This document shows positions 1 to 18,786 of a DNA stretch of 64,000 nt, piece after piece. Both the position numbers and the translations under genes were made by a program. This DNA comes from Chrysomallon squamiferum (lineage: Eukaryota; Animalia; Mollusca): positions 6,572,001 through 6,636,000 of the forward strand of contig CM022677.1 of the NCBI GenBank assembly GCA_012295275.1. The letters are read 5' to 3'. A model generated the notes under the pieces. That model worked only from the letters and a program-made list of their open reading frames with translations. It had not been told where the DNA came from and searched no databases. Position 1 is the stretch's first letter. The number at the start of each line of letters is the position of its first letter.

Positions 1-338
1 AAACGGCAAAGATTTAATGCGACGTCTTTAACAGAAGTTTTCAGATTTGTGTTGTGAACATTATGTTAATTTGCGAAAAATGTATTATGGTAATTAATGT
101 TCTTTGTAAAATGTTTTAAATAACATTAGAATTAACATGACTGTTCTTTAACTGCAATTATAATAACTTTCTCATTGCTTTTGTAGTTGATAGCTCTGGA
201 TAATGAAATATAATTAGGATGACGGCGAACATTTGTTTTACTGTTATTTTAAGATGTATAAAAAGCGAAGTGAAAAAACAAAGATGGCGGAGTAAGTGTT
301 TAGATTTAGGGTTTCTAACGTCACACAACACGGGTTTG

Positions 339-370
339 TCAGAACAGGATGTAAAACACTGCAGTGAAAA
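339..370 (-). CDS. TNFR-like gene, putative terminal coding exon
   Basis: Acceptor catttcag at 371-373 gives in-frame VFTAVFYILF-TGA. An alternative acceptor (ctgcag) 12 nt further on is in the same frame and reaches the same stop. Confidence 0.5.
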
Positions 371-1693
371 CTGAAATGACAAGCATCACATCTCCTCCTA
401 AAAAATAAAAAATAAGAATATTAAATGTTTCAGGTTGTCCAAGTGTGTGTGTGTCTCTGTGTGTGACTGTGTGTGTGTGTGCGTGTGTGTGTGTGTGTGT
501 GTGTAAATGTTTATGTATATAATCTATAACCGTAGGTACGTATGTATATAGGTAAGCATGTATATGTACATATGTGTATATGTATTTAAGTATGTATTTA
601 TGTATGAATGTATGTATTTATATACATGTATATATGTATGTATGTATGTGTGTATGTATGTATGTATGTATGTATATATGCATATAAATATGCGTGTGTG
701 TTTGGATTAGTAATTTTAAGTTGGTGAAAAAATTACCTGTATCATGTAGTGTGTTTGTCCCATTGACGTCTTCATCTAAAACAGAAGACGAAGATTTATA
801 AGAAATTAACAAAGTATAATTTTAGTGTACAAATCTAGTTCTAAATATTTACAACTAGAAGAAACAATAACTAAATTATTATATTTTCTAACAACCTGTA
901 GAATTATATTTATATTTTGATACTTACATAAGCAATTCAAATATAGCTTACCCTTAATACAGTGTTCAATATTCATCTCGCCACCTTTCTTTTGCAGTTG
1001 AAATCCTTCTTTACATCTGCACTGTGTGTTTCTCACTTTGGTGCATTTCTTTACTTCTGTTTGAGTTGTGCTGTCACACGTGTCACATTCAGCACATCTA
1101 GTAGCACGAGTGTAATTCGACTGGTAAAACCCTTCTTCACAAGGCTCACATTCTGATTCACCACCGTTCTCTGTGCAGTGAGCTAAACGTCGTGTTCCAG
1201 GAGGACATTTTTTACACTGTATTCCATTTATTTCATATTGTTCTCTCTGAAACATAATATGAAAAATATTACAATTATCAGTTACAGTTATGTAAGGCTG
1301 AATGAGTTTCAAGTTTCAGTTTATACTTACAATTCCACGTTTCCCCCTGCAACTGACAGCAACAATTTAATAACATTGACTAACATCACAGTCAATCATT
1401 ATGTTTTGAAAAGTCATTGATACACATACATGGTAACACACACAGGCACACACACACACATACGCACACAAACACACACACACACACATACACACACACT
1501 ACACAAGCAAACTCACTAAAAAGAAAACAAAATACATCTAGTAAGCAGTGATGTTGTTGTGAAATTGCGTTACGTAGGATACACGTTGAGTTGGGTAAAA
1601 ACGTACCTCGTTTTCAGAACTTTCCAGAAATTTTGCTCTCAGTGTTGCTATAAATAGTACGGCAGCCATCAAAATCCACGTAAAAGGTTTCAT
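339..1693 (-). CDS. TNF receptor superfamily-like protein, ~150 aa, 4 coding exons (join 1607-1693, 952-1246, 737-775, 339-370); probable secreted or GPI-type decoy
   Basis: All introns are GT-AG with matching phases (0, 1, 1). The total is 453 nt. Protein: MKPFTWILMAAVLFIATLRAKFLESSENE / REQYEINGIQCKKCPPGTRRLAHCTENGGESECEPCEEGFYQSNYTRATRCAECDTCDSTTQTEVKKCTKVRNTQCRCKEGFQLQKKGGEMNIEHCIK / DEDVNGTNTLHDT / VFTAVFYILF*. The motifs CxxCPPG...C...CxPCxxGxYxS...CxxCxxC...C...NTxCxCxxGF are canonical TNFR cysteine-rich domains (CRDs). Confidence 0.85.
737..775 (-). CDS. TNFR-like gene, coding exon 3 (39-nt stalk micro-exon)
   Basis: tcttctgttttag|ATGAAGACGTC...GATACAG|gtaatt. Phase 1-1 and in frame, encoding DEDVNGTNTLHDT with an N-glycosylation sequon (NGT). 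Confidence 0.7.
952..1246 (-). CDS. TNFR-like gene, coding exon 2 (TNFR cysteine-rich domains)
   Basis: Lies inside ORF 806..1312. Acceptor tttcag|AGAGAA, donor AAGG|gtaagc. TNFR_c6-type cysteine spacing. Confidence 0.92.
1607..1693 (-). CDS. TNFR-like gene, coding exon 1 (signal peptide)
   Basis: ATG at 1693, followed by hydrophobic MKPFTWILMAAVLFIATLRA. The exon is 87 nt and ends GAG|gtacgt in phase 0. A possible acceptor (ttttcctag) at 1707 suggests an upstream 5'UTR exon. Confidence 0.8.
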
Positions 1694-1805
1694 GTCTGTG
1701 ATAACTCTAGGAAAAATAATAATAATAAACCTTAAAATGTACGTGAAAAAAGCTACTGCTATGACTTATACTAATACTAATAACTGTAGAATGGAACTGT
1801 TTAGG

Positions 1806-2167
1806 TAAAGTAACTGACTGAATAACGCTAGCAAGGTCAATTAAGATTACTTCCTTCACTTGGTCGCTTTGCCGCAACTGCGCATTAACACTCGTATCAC
1901 GTGTTTTATCAAACCAATCACAACAAGTACAAATCTAAGACAGCTGCGTTATGTACTTCCGTCCACATGGGCTTTTTTGTGCTTTTATTAAATTTAACAC
2001 ATGTTTCAGCATGTTTCTGGTGGTATGTACAGAGCAGAAAAACGAGATCACGGTAATAAAGTAACTGACTGAATATCGCTAGCAAGGTCAATTAAGATCA
2101 CTCCCTCCACTTTGACGTTTTATAGCGCTTTACCGTAACTCCGCCTTCATAAACACTCGTATCACGT
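1806..2167. promoter_or_regulatory. Putative TNFR promoter region with a locally duplicated ~100-bp block (1806-1902 and 2057-2167)
   Basis: Both copies begin taaagtaactgactgaata(a/t)cgctagcaaggtcaattaagat and end aacactcgtatcacgt. An E-box (cacgtg, 1898) ends the first copy; CCAAT (1914) and ETS-like acttccgt (~1955) lie between the copies. Regulatory function is inferred from position only. Confidence 0.4.
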
Positions 2168-2395
2168 ATACTATCCAAAAAAATCCAATCTTCTTCTTTG
2201 TTTGTGTTTGTATGTTTTGGTGTATGATTATTAATTAGAAACTAACCACATTTCTTGACCAAAGAAAAATTTAAACAAGAATAAAATGATGTGGTATTTG
2301 TTTATACAGACATGGCTAATATTTAAACAGTTAATTTAAACTAAATTATTTTACATCTGTATTTTGTCATTTAACTTAACTGTCCATTTAATAAT

Positions 2396-2428
<33 letters not shown>

Positions 2429-2440
2429 AATAATAATAAC

Positions 2441-2471
<31 letters not shown>

Positions 2472-2689
2472 CAACTGAGACACACAAATAGACACACCGA
2501 CGCACAGATACACACATAGAACCTAAATTAGTAAATTCCTGTAGAAACTGTCTTGTAGAAAATCTACTTTAAATTATTATGCAGTCAAAAACCCTGAGTC
2601 TCTGTTGGCTCTCGTCACGGTTCACGGGTTTTCACTGACCTTTGAAGGCTTTATTGATTTTCTGTTTCCATAGAAATTGGACCTCATTC

Positions 2690-3060
2690 ATAAATTACTT
2701 TTAAAATTACTTTTAAAATATTATTATTACTACTATTATTATGACTTTTAAAATATTATTATTACTACTATTATTATTACTTTTAAAATATTATTATTAT
2801 TACTATTATTATTACTTTTAAAATATTATTATTATTACTATTAAAATTACTTTTAAAATATTATTATTATTACTATTAAAATTACTTTTAAAATATTATT
2901 ATTACTACTATTATTATTACTTTTAAAATATTATTATTACTACTATTATTATTACTTTTAAAATATTATTATTATTACTATTATTATTACTTTTAAAATA
3001 TTATTATTATTACTATTAAAATTACTTTTAAAATATTATTATTATTACTATTATTATTAT
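2690..3060. repeat. AT-rich minisatellite, ~33-36-bp unit (attacttttaaaatattattattactactattatt)
   Basis: About 11 visible tandem copies. Absent from duplication copy 2. Confidence 0.9.
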
Positions 3061-3248
3061 TTTTAAGTTAGATCGAATGAATGAGTTTATGTACTTTGGA
3101 TTCATATATCAATGCAAATATATTTTGTAGAAACATGAAAAAAAGTTATATTGAATATTTGCTACACAGAGTTTGTCATGTTACATCTCAGACAGTCTCG
3201 CTTCAGAATGGGCCCTTAAAAAATTCGAGATTTCTTGAAAATGCTTTT

Positions 3249-3349
<101 letters not shown>

Positions 3350-3450
3350 TTATTTTATCATTATTGCAACTATAGTATTACTACTACTATTTTTAATCAT
3401 CATTATTAACATTATTATTAGTACTTGTAGTAGTAGTTGTATTGTTGTTG

Positions 3451-3485
<35 letters not shown>

Positions 3486-4410
3486 TCGGGATTTTTTTAT
3501 CATCATTTTTATAATTATTATTATGTTTATTATTATTATTACAACTAGGTTCATGTAGATTCGTGTCACACCAGTCTAGTTTTACGAGTACTTCAGAGTC
3601 ACTCGTAAACCTGACTTTTCACCGAGCATGAGAACTATCACTTTTGTTATTATTATTACTAGTAGTAATAGTAGTAGTAGTAGTGATATTACTACTACTA
3701 TTGTTTTTGACCATCATTATTATCATTGTTATTATAATTATTATTATCACTGGTATTATAATTATTATTATTATTACACTATTTTAGAATCATTTCTGTA
3801 ATTTAAGTATTGTTATTGCTATTATCATGATTATTATCATCATAACCATCATCATCACGTCATGCTCATAATTATTATCATTACTATTACTATTTTATCA
3901 TCATTACTGTTATTAACTAGATGTTATTATTGGTATTATCATTATTTATTTATTTATTTATTTATTTATTATTATTATTTTTTTTTTTTTTTGCTATTAT
4001 TATTACTGATATTATCACAATTACCGCTGCTATTTTATCATTTATGATTACTATTGTTGCTGTCATCATACTTTATTATTATTATAATTATGATCCTCAT
4101 CACATGTCATAATCATCATCATCATTAATATTATCTTTACGTGTATATTCTTAATTTATTTTACACACATTAAAATGTTTCTTCATTAAAAATAAATGAA
4201 AATGTCTTTATTCTTACTATTTAGAACTAAAATAAAATAAAGAATTTATACTTTATGATAACTATTTCTTATTAATTAGCATTTTTCATCACTGAAAAGT
4301 TGATTTGCTTTATTTAAACAAATAACATTTATTTCAATAATTTTTTAAACCTTAGATTTAACAAACAACATTACGACTTGTTTTTATTCAATCAAAATAA
4401 ATATTATTAT

Positions 4411-4415
<5 letters not shown>

Positions 4416-4472
<57 letters not shown>

Positions 4473-4543
4473 AGATATAAAGAGAGAGAGAGAGTTGAGG
4501 TTAAGTTAGAAATTGTTACAAATACTTATGTTTGTCATTAAAT

Positions 4544-4606
<63 letters not shown>
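4416..4606. repeat. (GA)n and (CT)n microsatellites (duplicated at 10578-10793)
   Basis: Read directly. Confidence 0.95.
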
Positions 4607-4617
<11 letters not shown>

Positions 4618-4874
4618 GAGATCTGGTTGTTTTCTGGCAGCAAAAAAGTTATTGTTAGTATAAACTGATTTACATTCGTGTAATACATTTTTTTCTTGTT
4701 ATCTCAGATCACATCTTTGTAAAAGCACACAGAGAGAGATAAATACACACACGAATACACACACTTATATATATATATGTATGTATGTAGTATGTACGTA
4801 TGTATCTGTGTATGTATGTATATTTATATGTATGTATGTATGTTATGTATATGGTTTTGTACGTTAGTGTTTAA

Positions 4875-4909
<35 letters not shown>

Positions 4910-5796
4910 AAAGTATTATTGTCTTAGGCACGTTTGTTTAAACTGCATACAGATTTGGGAACACGCTGAAACAGGCAACGGATAATGAGATCACACATCA
5001 CACGTCACGATATGTATGTACACATTAACAAATATTAATATATTAATTATTATTTTATCATGAAGCTGTGATTTCTGAGATTAATGAAATATAACAAATC
5101 TCTCAGGGTCTTGAGAACCTTTTTTGGTTCTGTGTACAAGGTCACATATTACTGAGTGTATAAATGTCTTAAGAACATTTAAATGTGGGACATTCTAAAC
5201 ACATCGTTTTTAATATAGCTTCAAATCAGTTTATAAGTAAAACCGCCATTAATGAAGCAACAATAAATCAAAATAATGAAACAAACTTATTATAAATCTC
5301 GCTTATTATAAATAACTTATTATAACTTAAGACGCTGTATAACGTTTGCTTCGCTAAACAGAAAAAGACTTCTACTGCTAGTTTCCACTAAATTAGCCAC
5401 TGCCTGTCCACACGTGTTTTAGTCTGAAATTTTCCTCTCCTATCTCCCACTCTGTTCGAGTGTTGCCAAGACTTCTGTGTCTACGTACACACTGTCATTC
5501 AGTCTCTTTCCACACTTCTATCTGAACTTTTACACATATATTATATTACATGATTTGTAAACTATGTAACTGTTTTTTATATTTTATTATTCATAAAAAA
5601 ATATATCTTCTGTTTCAGATACTAATAGGAATACCATATATATATTAGCAAAAAAAAAAAGAAGATGTCAAATGTACAATAAGATACATATGTGGAAAAC
5701 ATTATTTTATTTATTTTATTTTATTTATCTGGGTTCTTCTTTCATACACTTATTTATATTTTGTTATTGTGAATACATTTTTGTCTTCTGTTTCAG

Positions 5797-6006
5797 ATAC
5801 TACAAAAGGTAATAAACATACACAAATACATTACACACATTACACATACCCACACATATACACATTCAAAGACTATTTTTATCTACTGTTACAGTTATAC
5901 TTACTAAATAAATATTTTTCCTCAGATTCTGATGCCAGTGAGATGCACATAATTAAAGTAATCTTGTTAGTGTACACACGCAAACACATCAGTACAGGAC
6001 GATGGG
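5797..6006 (+). pseudogene. Phase 1-1 exon-like remnants (5797-5808 DTTK; 5926-6006 DSDASEMHIIKVILLVYTRKHISTGRW), possibly stalk and eroded TM exons of a receptor paralogue; duplicated at ~11936-12145
   Basis: The acceptors tcttctgtttcag and tttttcctcag and GT donors give lengths of 12 and 81 nt. The first acceptor resembles the TNFR exon-3 acceptor (tcttctgttttag|AT). The hydrophobic run is too short for a TM helix but is followed by RKH. Confidence 0.3.
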
Positions 6007-6403
6007 GTACGAACCATAAATATAATTAAAAAATAGCAAACAAATGCCTGTCAGTGTATCATTCGAACTCTCTGAAATATTATAATAATTTAAAACTTTT
6101 TTACAGTTCTATTTTTGTTGGGTGTAGGTTTGTCTTTAGCTACGGTTTGTGTTAGGTACCGGTTGTTTTGCATATTGGTAATTTGCATACACCTGATGGA
6201 TATGGGTTGTTTTGGGCATGTTATTTAAGGTATGTGTTATGTTTCTTTCCTTCTTTTTTTTGTGTCGGATTCATTGGATACAGATTGTATTGGATATGAG
6301 TTGTGTTCGGCTTATTTTCGGAACAGTACATTAGCTCTGTTAAAATCATTCTGTTAAATGCATTTTCTCATGTGTCAGAAATGTTGACAGCAAAATAACT
6401 TAC

Positions 6404-8012
<1,609 letters not shown>

Positions 8013-8194
8013 CTGAGAAAAAAAAATCGTGATAGTTTTAAATGCTTGAGGTAAAGTATACAGCAGTAAAAGTAACAACTACCTTAACATAGTTCGTGTA
8101 GTTCATTAATTTTTTAAATGCGTGGTGCAGTCTATCACACATGTGGTAATAATGACACAGCAACTGGTTTGTAGAAGGTCGGAGAAAGATAATA

Positions 8195-8300
8195 CCGTAT
8201 ATACTTGTGTACAAGGCGACCTTATATATAAGTCGATGTGTATTTTAAGACCAAAAATTGCGTCATTTTAGGTATTACTTGTGTATAAGTCGACTGTAGA
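8195..8300 (+). mobile_element. Tc1/mariner-superfamily (Tc2/Tigger-like) terminal fragment
   Basis: TA|CCGTATATACTTGTGTACAAGG...TATAAGTCGA...TTGTGTATAAGTCGAC matches the recalled CCGTATATACTCGAGTATAAGCCGAC-type terminus with CpG decay. Copy 2 has the empty site aaagataata|cattt. No right TIR was seen. Confidence 0.65.
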
Positions 8301-8390
8301 TTCCAGGCACCGTCACTACTTTTAGACCAGTGTGACAGTGCCATGAAGGCCTACATTGTACGCCTACTGTAACATAACTTGCACGAACAT

Positions 8391-8610
8391 ATGTTTGTGT
8401 AACGTGTAGTGCTGTTACTGATGTTTGTGTAACGTGTAGTGCTGTTACTGATGTGTGTGTAACGTGTAGTGCTGTTACTGATGTGTGTGTAACGTGTAGT
8501 GCTGTTACTGATGTGTGTATAACGTGTGGTGCTGTTACTGATGTTTGTGTAACGTGTAGTGCTGTTACTGATGTGTGTGTAACGTGTAGTGCTGTTACTG
8601 ATGTGTGTAA
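8391..8610. repeat. 30-bp minisatellite (gtaacgtgtagtgctgttactgatgtgtgt), ~7 copies
   Basis: Read directly. It is the source of the CVTCSAVTDV repeats in ORF 8453..8767. Confidence 0.95.
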
Positions 8611-9244
8611 CTATTACGTTCCCTCAACAAATGAAATGGGTATTTCATACATACATAAATTCATACTTACATACATAGATAAAGAAGAACACGATTGCTC
8701 TGCATGTGCATGTGTATATGTGTCTATATATGTAGACACGTCCAAGCACAGAACGTTAATATTCTGAATATATATTTTTTTTTCAGGAGGAGTTGTGGTC
8801 CTAGTGATTTTTTGTTTTAAATTCACTGAAAGTTTTAGCAAATATATATATATATATATATATAGCAAAGAGAAAAATAACAAATTGGAATGTTACAGAT
8901 AATATATCAGTATTAAATTATTTAGTTAAATACTTTGAGACCTTGGAAGCCGACATTCATCTTAATGTAAATTAGTTTTAATATTTATTATATCTGCATA
9001 TGTCCAAATTTATCACTATGTATATTTTATTTCTCGCTTTCTTTTTTATTTGTTTCCTCAAAATCTATTTATTTATTTATTTATTGTTGTTCTATTTGCT
9101 TTTATTATTACTATCATAGTCTTTTACATTCTATACATATCTGTTCAAATAAACTTCTGGCTTTGTGCAACAACCAACATAGCTATTCACACATATCTTC
9201 TTTCGCAATTTCTTAGACTCTGTTATCAGTCTTTTTATCCAGTC

Positions 9245-14200
<4,956 letters not shown>

Positions 14201-14599
14201 CATTTAGCCGCCAAAATTTCTTTTCGTAATCAATATGGTGATGCAAGGTTATTTTGGTCACGAATACACAATAGTAATAAAATAATAGTAATATATATAT
14301 ATATGAGAATATATGAGAATAGTGTCTCTGAATAAAACCATCACACTTTTGTCTTTTGATTATGTGAATGAATGTTTTGTTAAACCAGATTTCTCAAAAA
14401 CGTCCCACAGATTAATATGACTAATACAAGTTATCGCTTCGCTGGTTTTCATAGCCTTTCCGTTAGCTCGTTCGTATAGTGATTATAAACGATGCAGTAC
14501 AAAGTCAAAGAATGTTCCAATGTCAGTGTTTCCAATATCAAATAGTTTAAATAATAATAATAATAATAGCAGTAGTAGTAGTATTACTACAACTGCTAT

Positions 14600-14666
<67 letters not shown>

Positions 14667-16465
14667 GTTTAGATAGAAGGTTTACTAACAACCTATCCAT
14701 AATAACAAATTCTACACTACAAAACTGTTAATAAAAATTGCTGAAATGTTGTCTTCTTATTTAACCTGATTGTATTCTGTTCCAGCCACTGTATCACGTC
14801 ATGTGTTCAGATAATTATTATTGTGTTTCTTTTCATCCGCAGTGGGAAACATAAAGACATTCTTGATGTTACTGTTATTGATATGTTTGTGGTGGTACTG
14901 CGAGGTAGTCACGTTTCCGTGTCTCGGGTTTTCCTTTTGTTTTCTTTAATCTACCAGTTCTCTTGTTCTTACTTCTGTATTCACTATTTATTTATTTATA
15001 TGTTTATGTTTGTACTTATTTATTCATTTCTGTGTATTCCTTTACATATTTTTTCGTTGTTTGCACGTATGAGACAGGATATATATATATATGTATTCAC
15101 TGAATACGTACATATCAAACAAATTAATAATACTACCTTTATTATTAAAGTACTCTCTCAATTACTTATGAAATTGTTATTACCTCTTACTATTATTACT
15201 ATTGCTACTATTGTTTATATTACTATTACTACTACTACTATTAATTCTGTACTAACTGCTACTATTCATCTATTACTTTACTTCTGTTATTTCATCTATG
15301 ACTAGTGTAACGTTATCTGTATCACTACTTCCACAATCACATCTATTATTTCTATTATTTCAAAACTATATATATAAAAATATTCCTCACTCTTAGAAAA
15401 CTGTTTCTCAAGTCTGATGAAAATGCTACAAATATGTAATGAAAAATAGAAAACAAAATAATTTAAAATATTTATTTGAACAAAACAACTTTTTCATATA
15501 AAAAAAGATAATATTAGAAAATCCTCAAGAAAATCCTTAATTAAGAATTTAGAAAAACATTAAAAATTATTTTAAATGTTTAGAAAGGTTTTAAAGTGCT
15601 GAGAGTGCTATGAAACATAAAGGTGCCAGGAGTTCTGGTTTATCTAATAAAAGTATTTTTTGTGGTTTTATCTTCTGCTGTTTAGTTTGTTCAGTACAGT
15701 GAGAAAACTTGAAGAACTGGGAGATAAACACAAAAGTCACTTAGAATCAATGTCACTTCTCACATTTTCTTTCATTCTCAATACAAGCTTATAAAAAAGG
15801 ACCCTGAAGAAAAACAAAATTATTATTAAAATTAAAAAATATTCAGAGTTGTATGTATAAACAACAGTATACAATTTACCATGTAAAATGAAGGTTGAAA
15901 TGATTCAAATGGGACGATTGTGACTTAATTATTGTCATGATTTTTACTTACTGTTAAAAATCTATTTATTTCATGAACAAAATCAGTTTAATTTAGCACT
16001 GTCTTATATTGTATTTCATGTCATTGTGAGTCATTTCATTCATTTCACTGTATTTTATTTCATTATTTTTATTGTTATTTTATCATTATTTCATTTAATT
16101 TAATTTCATTTATTTCAGTTCTGTTCGTTCAGTTCATTTATTGTTTTGTATTGTATTTCATAGTATTTAATTTCATATCATTTATTTTACTGTATTCTAT
16201 TATTATTTCATTTCATTTATTTTACTGTATTTTATTATTATTTCATTTATTTTACTGTATTTTATTATTATTTCATTTTCTTTATTTCATTAAATTTCTC
16301 TACCACACACTGCATTTCATTCATTTCATTTAATTTGATTTCACCGTATTTCATTTCAATGTATATCTTTGCATGTGCATGTGTTGATGTGTGTGTGATA
16401 TATTAATATTTATATCTACCTCTACAAGTAAAGAAAATGACCATAAAATAGTTTATAATTTTATC

Positions 16466-16553
16466 AAATGTTGTCACAATTAAAATAACAAGAACAGTTA
16501 TTTTAATTGTGACAACATTTTTGGAATCATTCCTAGTTCAGGAATGATTCCAA
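16466..16553. other. Two abutting perfect inverted repeats (24-bp arms with 7-nt loop; 14-bp arms with 5-nt loop)
   Basis: aaatgttgtcacaattaaaataac-aagaaca-gttattttaattgtgacaacattt, followed directly by ttggaatcattcct-agttc-aggaatgattccaa. Confidence 0.9.
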
Positions 16554-17179
16554 GCATTCATTGAACTATAAAAAAATAAAAAATAAAAAAAATATCTTTT
16601 ACATGAATGAATGAAGGAAACAGTGAAAAAATGAGGAAGGTAGAGTGAATGGATAAATGAATGAATTAATTAATAAATATATGTTTAATAATAGTTTAAT
16701 TATTAGGTTTATTTTATTTACTTTGTTTGTTTGTTTGTTGTTTGTTCATGTTATTTAAAAATTAATGTGACTTAAAGAGCAAACAAAAAAAAGTTAGTAT
16801 CAAACAGGGTTTGTTTGTGCTTCTTTTTTGTTGTTTTAACAATGCTAATTTCTTAGTCACTGAAAGCTGGTTTTCTGATTTTCAGTGTTAAGTAAACATT
16901 CTCTTAATTTTTGAATAAAAAATGATTAACAAGTATATAATGATATTTTTATTATTTTATTTATTTATTTATTTATTCCATTTTAATGCAGAACAAGTTA
17001 ATTCTGTGACTGAGATATTAATTAACTCATTTCTAAGTAATTTTTCAGTTTAAAACATCCATTCTGATATCTTTGGTAATTAAAATCACAAAACGATGCA
17101 CAAAATTCATCAATCATTTGTATCATTTTGTATTATATAAAATGGAGTAATTTTTTAGAATGTCACTATTTATAAAGTA

Positions 17180-17485
17180 ACCAGCAATCATTTTGAGCAT
17201 ATAACTATTTAAGTATAACTTTTCATAAATAATAAGAAATCATTTGTAACAAGGAATTATTTGTAACGTATAACTATTTATTAAACACTAAGAAATCATT
17301 TGTAACATATAACTATTTATTAAATAATAAGAAATCATTTGTAACATATAACTATTTATTAAATGAAAAGAAATGATTTGTAGTATATAGCTATTTATTA
17401 AATAACATGAAATGATTTGTAACATCTAACTATTTACTAAATAATAAGGAATCATTTGTAACATATAACTCTTTATTAAATAAAA
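17180..17485. repeat. ~39-bp intronic minisatellite (gaaatcatttgtaacatataactatttattaaataataa); shorter array at 33570-33725
   Basis: Read directly: about 8 copies here versus about 4 in the paralogue. Confidence 0.8.
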
Positions 17486-17559
17486 CGTTATAATTTCAAC
17501 TTGTTACCAAATTTTTAATATTGAGTAAATTAACTATTTATTAAGTATACCCTACTCAC

Positions 17560-18786
17560 CTACATTTGACACATTCATTTGACAAGTTGTGATATCCTGT
17601 CTTACACTCAAATGATAGGAGACTGGCAGATTTTTGCAGTTGCTGTTTGCTTGACATGAAACTGTTGAAAGACTACATTCATCTCTGTTGTTTTCACATC
17701 GCACACCACCCAGCCAGCTTTACACTGACAATGCTCTGAGAGGGAAAAATAAAATTTAAATATAAAATAAATAAATAAAATTAAAATCAAACTTTAGTGT
17801 CAGTATTATTTTTAAATAAAAGTTATGCAATTGTATTAAAATATAATATAAATATCACCAAAATTTTCGAATTTTACAGAATAAGTTGCTTCAAATTTCA
17901 AAATATAATTATATTTTTAAAATATTTAAACATTTATTTTTATATTATTGTATTTTGTAATGAAAAATTCTGCTTACTAACAAATGTTCTCTGGTCATTT
18001 TCAAGTTTCTTCCCATCCAGACAGGAACAAGTGAATCCACTGATTGAAGCAGCAGTATATTTAGTAATACTGCATCAACTGATATACACTCATTCATATC
18101 TACATTAAAATAATAACAATAATAATATTAACAATAAACGAAAAATCTTATTTCAAATGACAATATAATAGTGTTCAAACTTAAATTTTATTTTCTTCAG
18201 TTACATTTAATACAGTTAAAGCCTCTTGTTTTAATATATAAATGTACATGTTCATATGTATGTAAAGGATAAAAAGAAATAAAACTTAAAAGAGAAGAAA
18301 AAAAGAGACTGAAAGTAAAGGTCCAACAGAAAAGATTATTAAATGTTAATAAACCAAGGACTTTGTTCTTGTTAAATGTATAAAGCAATATTCTGTACTC
18401 ACAACACATGAGTTGTACCTGTTGCTAGTTTGTATACAAAGTTACAACTGTAGAGTCCTGTTTGTCCACACTGGTGCAGTAATGGCTGCAGCTGAGATGA
18501 GAGTAAAACTGACATGGATCTGAAACTGTATTGAGAAAACTGATATTAGTTTTACTTAATTAATATAATAATACTTTTAAAAATGTTACTACTGCATCAA
18601 ACTCTGCTATTTGTGAAATTATCATCTGAGACAAGATAGTTTGCACTTTTTGCTTTGACAGGTACAGTTTAGAGAAAAACTGCTCACCTTCTTCACATTT
18701 TGTTCTGTCTTTTTCAAGTAGTAACCATAGTGACGTAAACTGCCTTCAACATTCTGACAAATCTGTTCCCATATCAAACCCTGACT
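17560..18786 (-). pseudogene. Multi-EGF/calcium-binding EGF gene (fibrillin/mucin-like), decayed copy A; exons 18688-18786, 18403-18519, 17978-18099, 17560-17735
   Basis: GT-AG bounded exons that translate, with frameshifts, as EQICQNVEGS..YGYYL-DRTKCEE; DPCQFYSHLSCSHYCTSV..GLYSC; DMNECIS..GFTCSCLDGKKLENDQRT; HCQCKAGW-GVRCENNRDECSLSTVSCQANSNCKNLP-SY-ECKTGYHNLSNECVKC. Confidence 0.85.

Noticed and set aside
806-1312. Full 168-aa ORF as the real TNFR protein
   Set aside because: Both ends run into intron. Splice sites bound the exon at 952-1246.
8453-8767. CVTCSAVTDV-repeat ORF as a metal-binding or antifreeze-like protein
   Set aside because: It is the translation of a 30-bp minisatellite, with no splice or start context.
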